From positions 146,074,001 to 146,138,000 of the forward strand of contig NC_058368.1 of NCBI RefSeq assembly GCF_018350175.1: 64,000 nt of DNA. The letters run 5' to 3'. A program made the translations under genes and the position numbers. The DNA is from Felis catus (taxonomy: Eukaryota). Positions 61,935 to 64,000 of this stretch are shown here, piece after piece. The notes under the pieces were generated by a model. That model worked only from the letters and a program-made list of their open reading frames with translations. It did no database searches and had not been told where the DNA came from. How positions within the stretch are numbered: the first letter of the stretch is position 1; the number at the start of each line of letters is the position of its first letter.

Positions 61935-62170
61935 TCTTAATGACAGTTAGCATTTATATAGCCCTTGATTGGTATAAGGCATTGTTCTAACAATTTATGT
62001 ATTCTTCACAACCACCTTACCAAGTATGTATCACCACTATCCTCATTTTACAGAAAAATAAACTAAGGCACAGAGAGGTACAGTGAGTTAACCAGTAGCA
62101 TACAGCTGTTAACTGGCAGAGCTATGATTCTAACAGAATCAGCCTGGCCAGAGTCAGCTCCATTAATCAG
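61935..62170 (-). mobile_element. MIR SINE
   Basis: cctcattttacagaaaaataaactaaggcacagagagg. Confidence 0.7.
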
Positions 62171-62278
62171 TCTGCCAGTTCTAATTGATACCCTGGGCAT
62201 GCTGTGAGAACATTACTTACATTACTTCACATTCATGTAATAAGAATAGAATGCCATGAAAAAGGAACAATGCAGCTA

Positions 62279-62724
62279 TGTGGGAAAATAAGTTCTACTT
62301 ACATAAATGGGTTAGAAAAAAAGCTTAGAGTGGAAAGATGCCACCACAAGGCGAAAGCACCTGAGGTTAGCTAGCAAGATGTTGTAATGGAATCACGAGT
62401 AACTGTTATATCACCTGCAGGAAATTACTTTCCATCTGGTGCCAATGTGCCTTGATCACAAACACCACTTGCCCCCCAGACCCTTTGCTTCTACACACAA
62501 GTCAGTGATTACTGTCTGATCGTTTTCTTCATGTTTACATGTGTAAGATCTTGTTTTCTTTACATTCACCATGTGGGTAATATCTTATGAGCTCAATAAA
62601 TATGGAGACAAAACGCCCACGTGGGGCTCTTGTCTCCTCACAGATGCTACCTTCCCTCTTATCTCGATTCTGTGTCCGCTCTCTCGCTGGACAAGAGAGA
62701 ACTGCATACTTAAAGTCTGTGACA
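62279..62724 (+). mobile_element. Solo LTR, possibly class II (ERVK/beta-like)
   Basis: TGTGGGAAAA start and ..TGTGACA end; ctcaataaa at ~62592; flanks cagcta/tggctg compatible with a decayed 6-bp TSD; interrupts L1 ORF1-like sequence. Confidence 0.65.
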
Positions 62725-63744
62725 TGGCTGCAAGGAAGAGATTTTAGAGATTAAAATTATAACAGCTAAAATAGAATAAACACAGTGACTTGCTATGGAG
62801 TGGCCAACAGGGATAGTAGAGCACCAGCCCTCTTCCATAAAGTTAATAATGATCCCTCGGGAGCATAGAGGAGAGAACCTCCTCCTCTCCACCACCGCAA
62901 ACCACACTATTTATCACCCAACACAGACTCAGCCTTCTATGCTCAGGGGAAGAGGGAATTGCTTCTTGGATGAGGGTAAGTGTTTAAGGTCTCAAATAGA
63001 GGATATCTGCTTTGTGCATGTAGATGTGCTATAACAAAGCTTCTCTGAGGCATAGCAACCCAGAAAGTCCCTGTGAGGAAGGCAGAGATTTCTGTATGCC
63101 ACCTCTGTTTTGCCCATTTCAAAAGCATGTCAAGGTATCACAGCCTACAGGAAAAAGTCACCCTTGCTCTATCTCCTGCCTGGCCCTCCTGGGTCCACCT
63201 CACTTAACCTAAGGAAGGAATATAGGGAGACAGTTTCCTCTGCATTGGTCAAGGTTCTTAAAAGCAGACGTCAGAATGGATTCTAGGTAGGTGGGAAGAG
63301 ATTTCCTAGAGCATATTGAATGAATCACAGGAAGACCAAAGAAACAGAATCTGAAAAGAGTTTCCGGGAATAACTCCCAGCTCCTTGCCACACCAGAGGA
63401 CTAGCCTGGAAGAAGACATGCTTCACCCCAATGCCATAAATAGTCTCCACAGTGAGGAAGCTGCCCCTCCCCACTGACCAAGAGCTATGCTACACCAAAC
63501 CAAGATGGAAAGCTGCAGGTATTGTCACATACCATCCCACCCTGACCCAACCAAATGGATGCCACTAGCCTGCCAGCTTCCCATGTTGCTTATTTATGGA
63601 ACCAAGACTCACGTGGGCATGGCTGCAGCAAAACAGAGGTCCCGTGTCTTCACCTGTCTGGCAAAAAGGGCTGGGACAGGCAGGACTTTAGGGTCTTTGC
63701 TGGGAAAATGGAGTTTACTCTGTAGAACAGCCATCAAAGTGTGG

Positions 63745-63996
63745 AAAGAGCCTGAATCCATAGAGACAGAAAGGAGACTAGTGGTTAGCAGGGGCTGAGG
63801 AGAAAGGGTAATGCAGAATTATTGTTTGATGGGTACAGAGTTTCAGTTTAGGATGATGACAAAGTTTTGGAAATGGATAGCAGTGCAGGTTGGACAACAA
63901 TGTGAATGTGCTTAGTGCCACTGAATTGATCATTTAACAGTCGTTAAAATGTTAAATTTTTTGGTACGTATATTTTACCACAGTTAGAAAAAAAAG
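63745..63996 (+). mobile_element. L1MB-like 3' end
   Basis: aatccatagagacagaaag..gggtacagagtttcagttt..caacaatgtgaatgtgcttagtgccactgaattg..ttttaccaca then poly-A. Confidence 0.88.
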
Positions 63997-64000
63997 GAAC

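Overview
Mammalian, repeat-dense, AT-rich and CpG-poor non-coding DNA. It is almost certainly felid: it carries about 23 carnivore Can-SINEs, including the young felid type, and felid-type LINE-1. I recognise no protein-coding exon, so the window looks intronic or intergenic. Every ORF in the track with a recognisable product is a LINE-1 ORF1/ORF2 remnant; the rest are SINE or low-complexity read-throughs. The content is Can-SINEs, four carnivore-age L1 insertions, older L1M/L2/MIR/MER/MLT relics, two solo retroviral LTRs (35852-36172 and 62279-62724) and one full-length U6 snRNA retropseudogene (43293-43399). I found no evidence of a new multi-gene biological system. The most interesting signals are structural: an L1 with a large internal deletion sealed by iterated templated filler, an old ~200-bp local duplication carrying an octamer motif, a young CpG-rich solo LTR near a triplicated GATA/NFI-motif unit, repeated re-use of the same insertion sites, and two atypical L1 insertions. 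Repeat family names come from recalled consensus sequences and by-eye alignment, not from a database search. Boundaries of old repeats are approximate.
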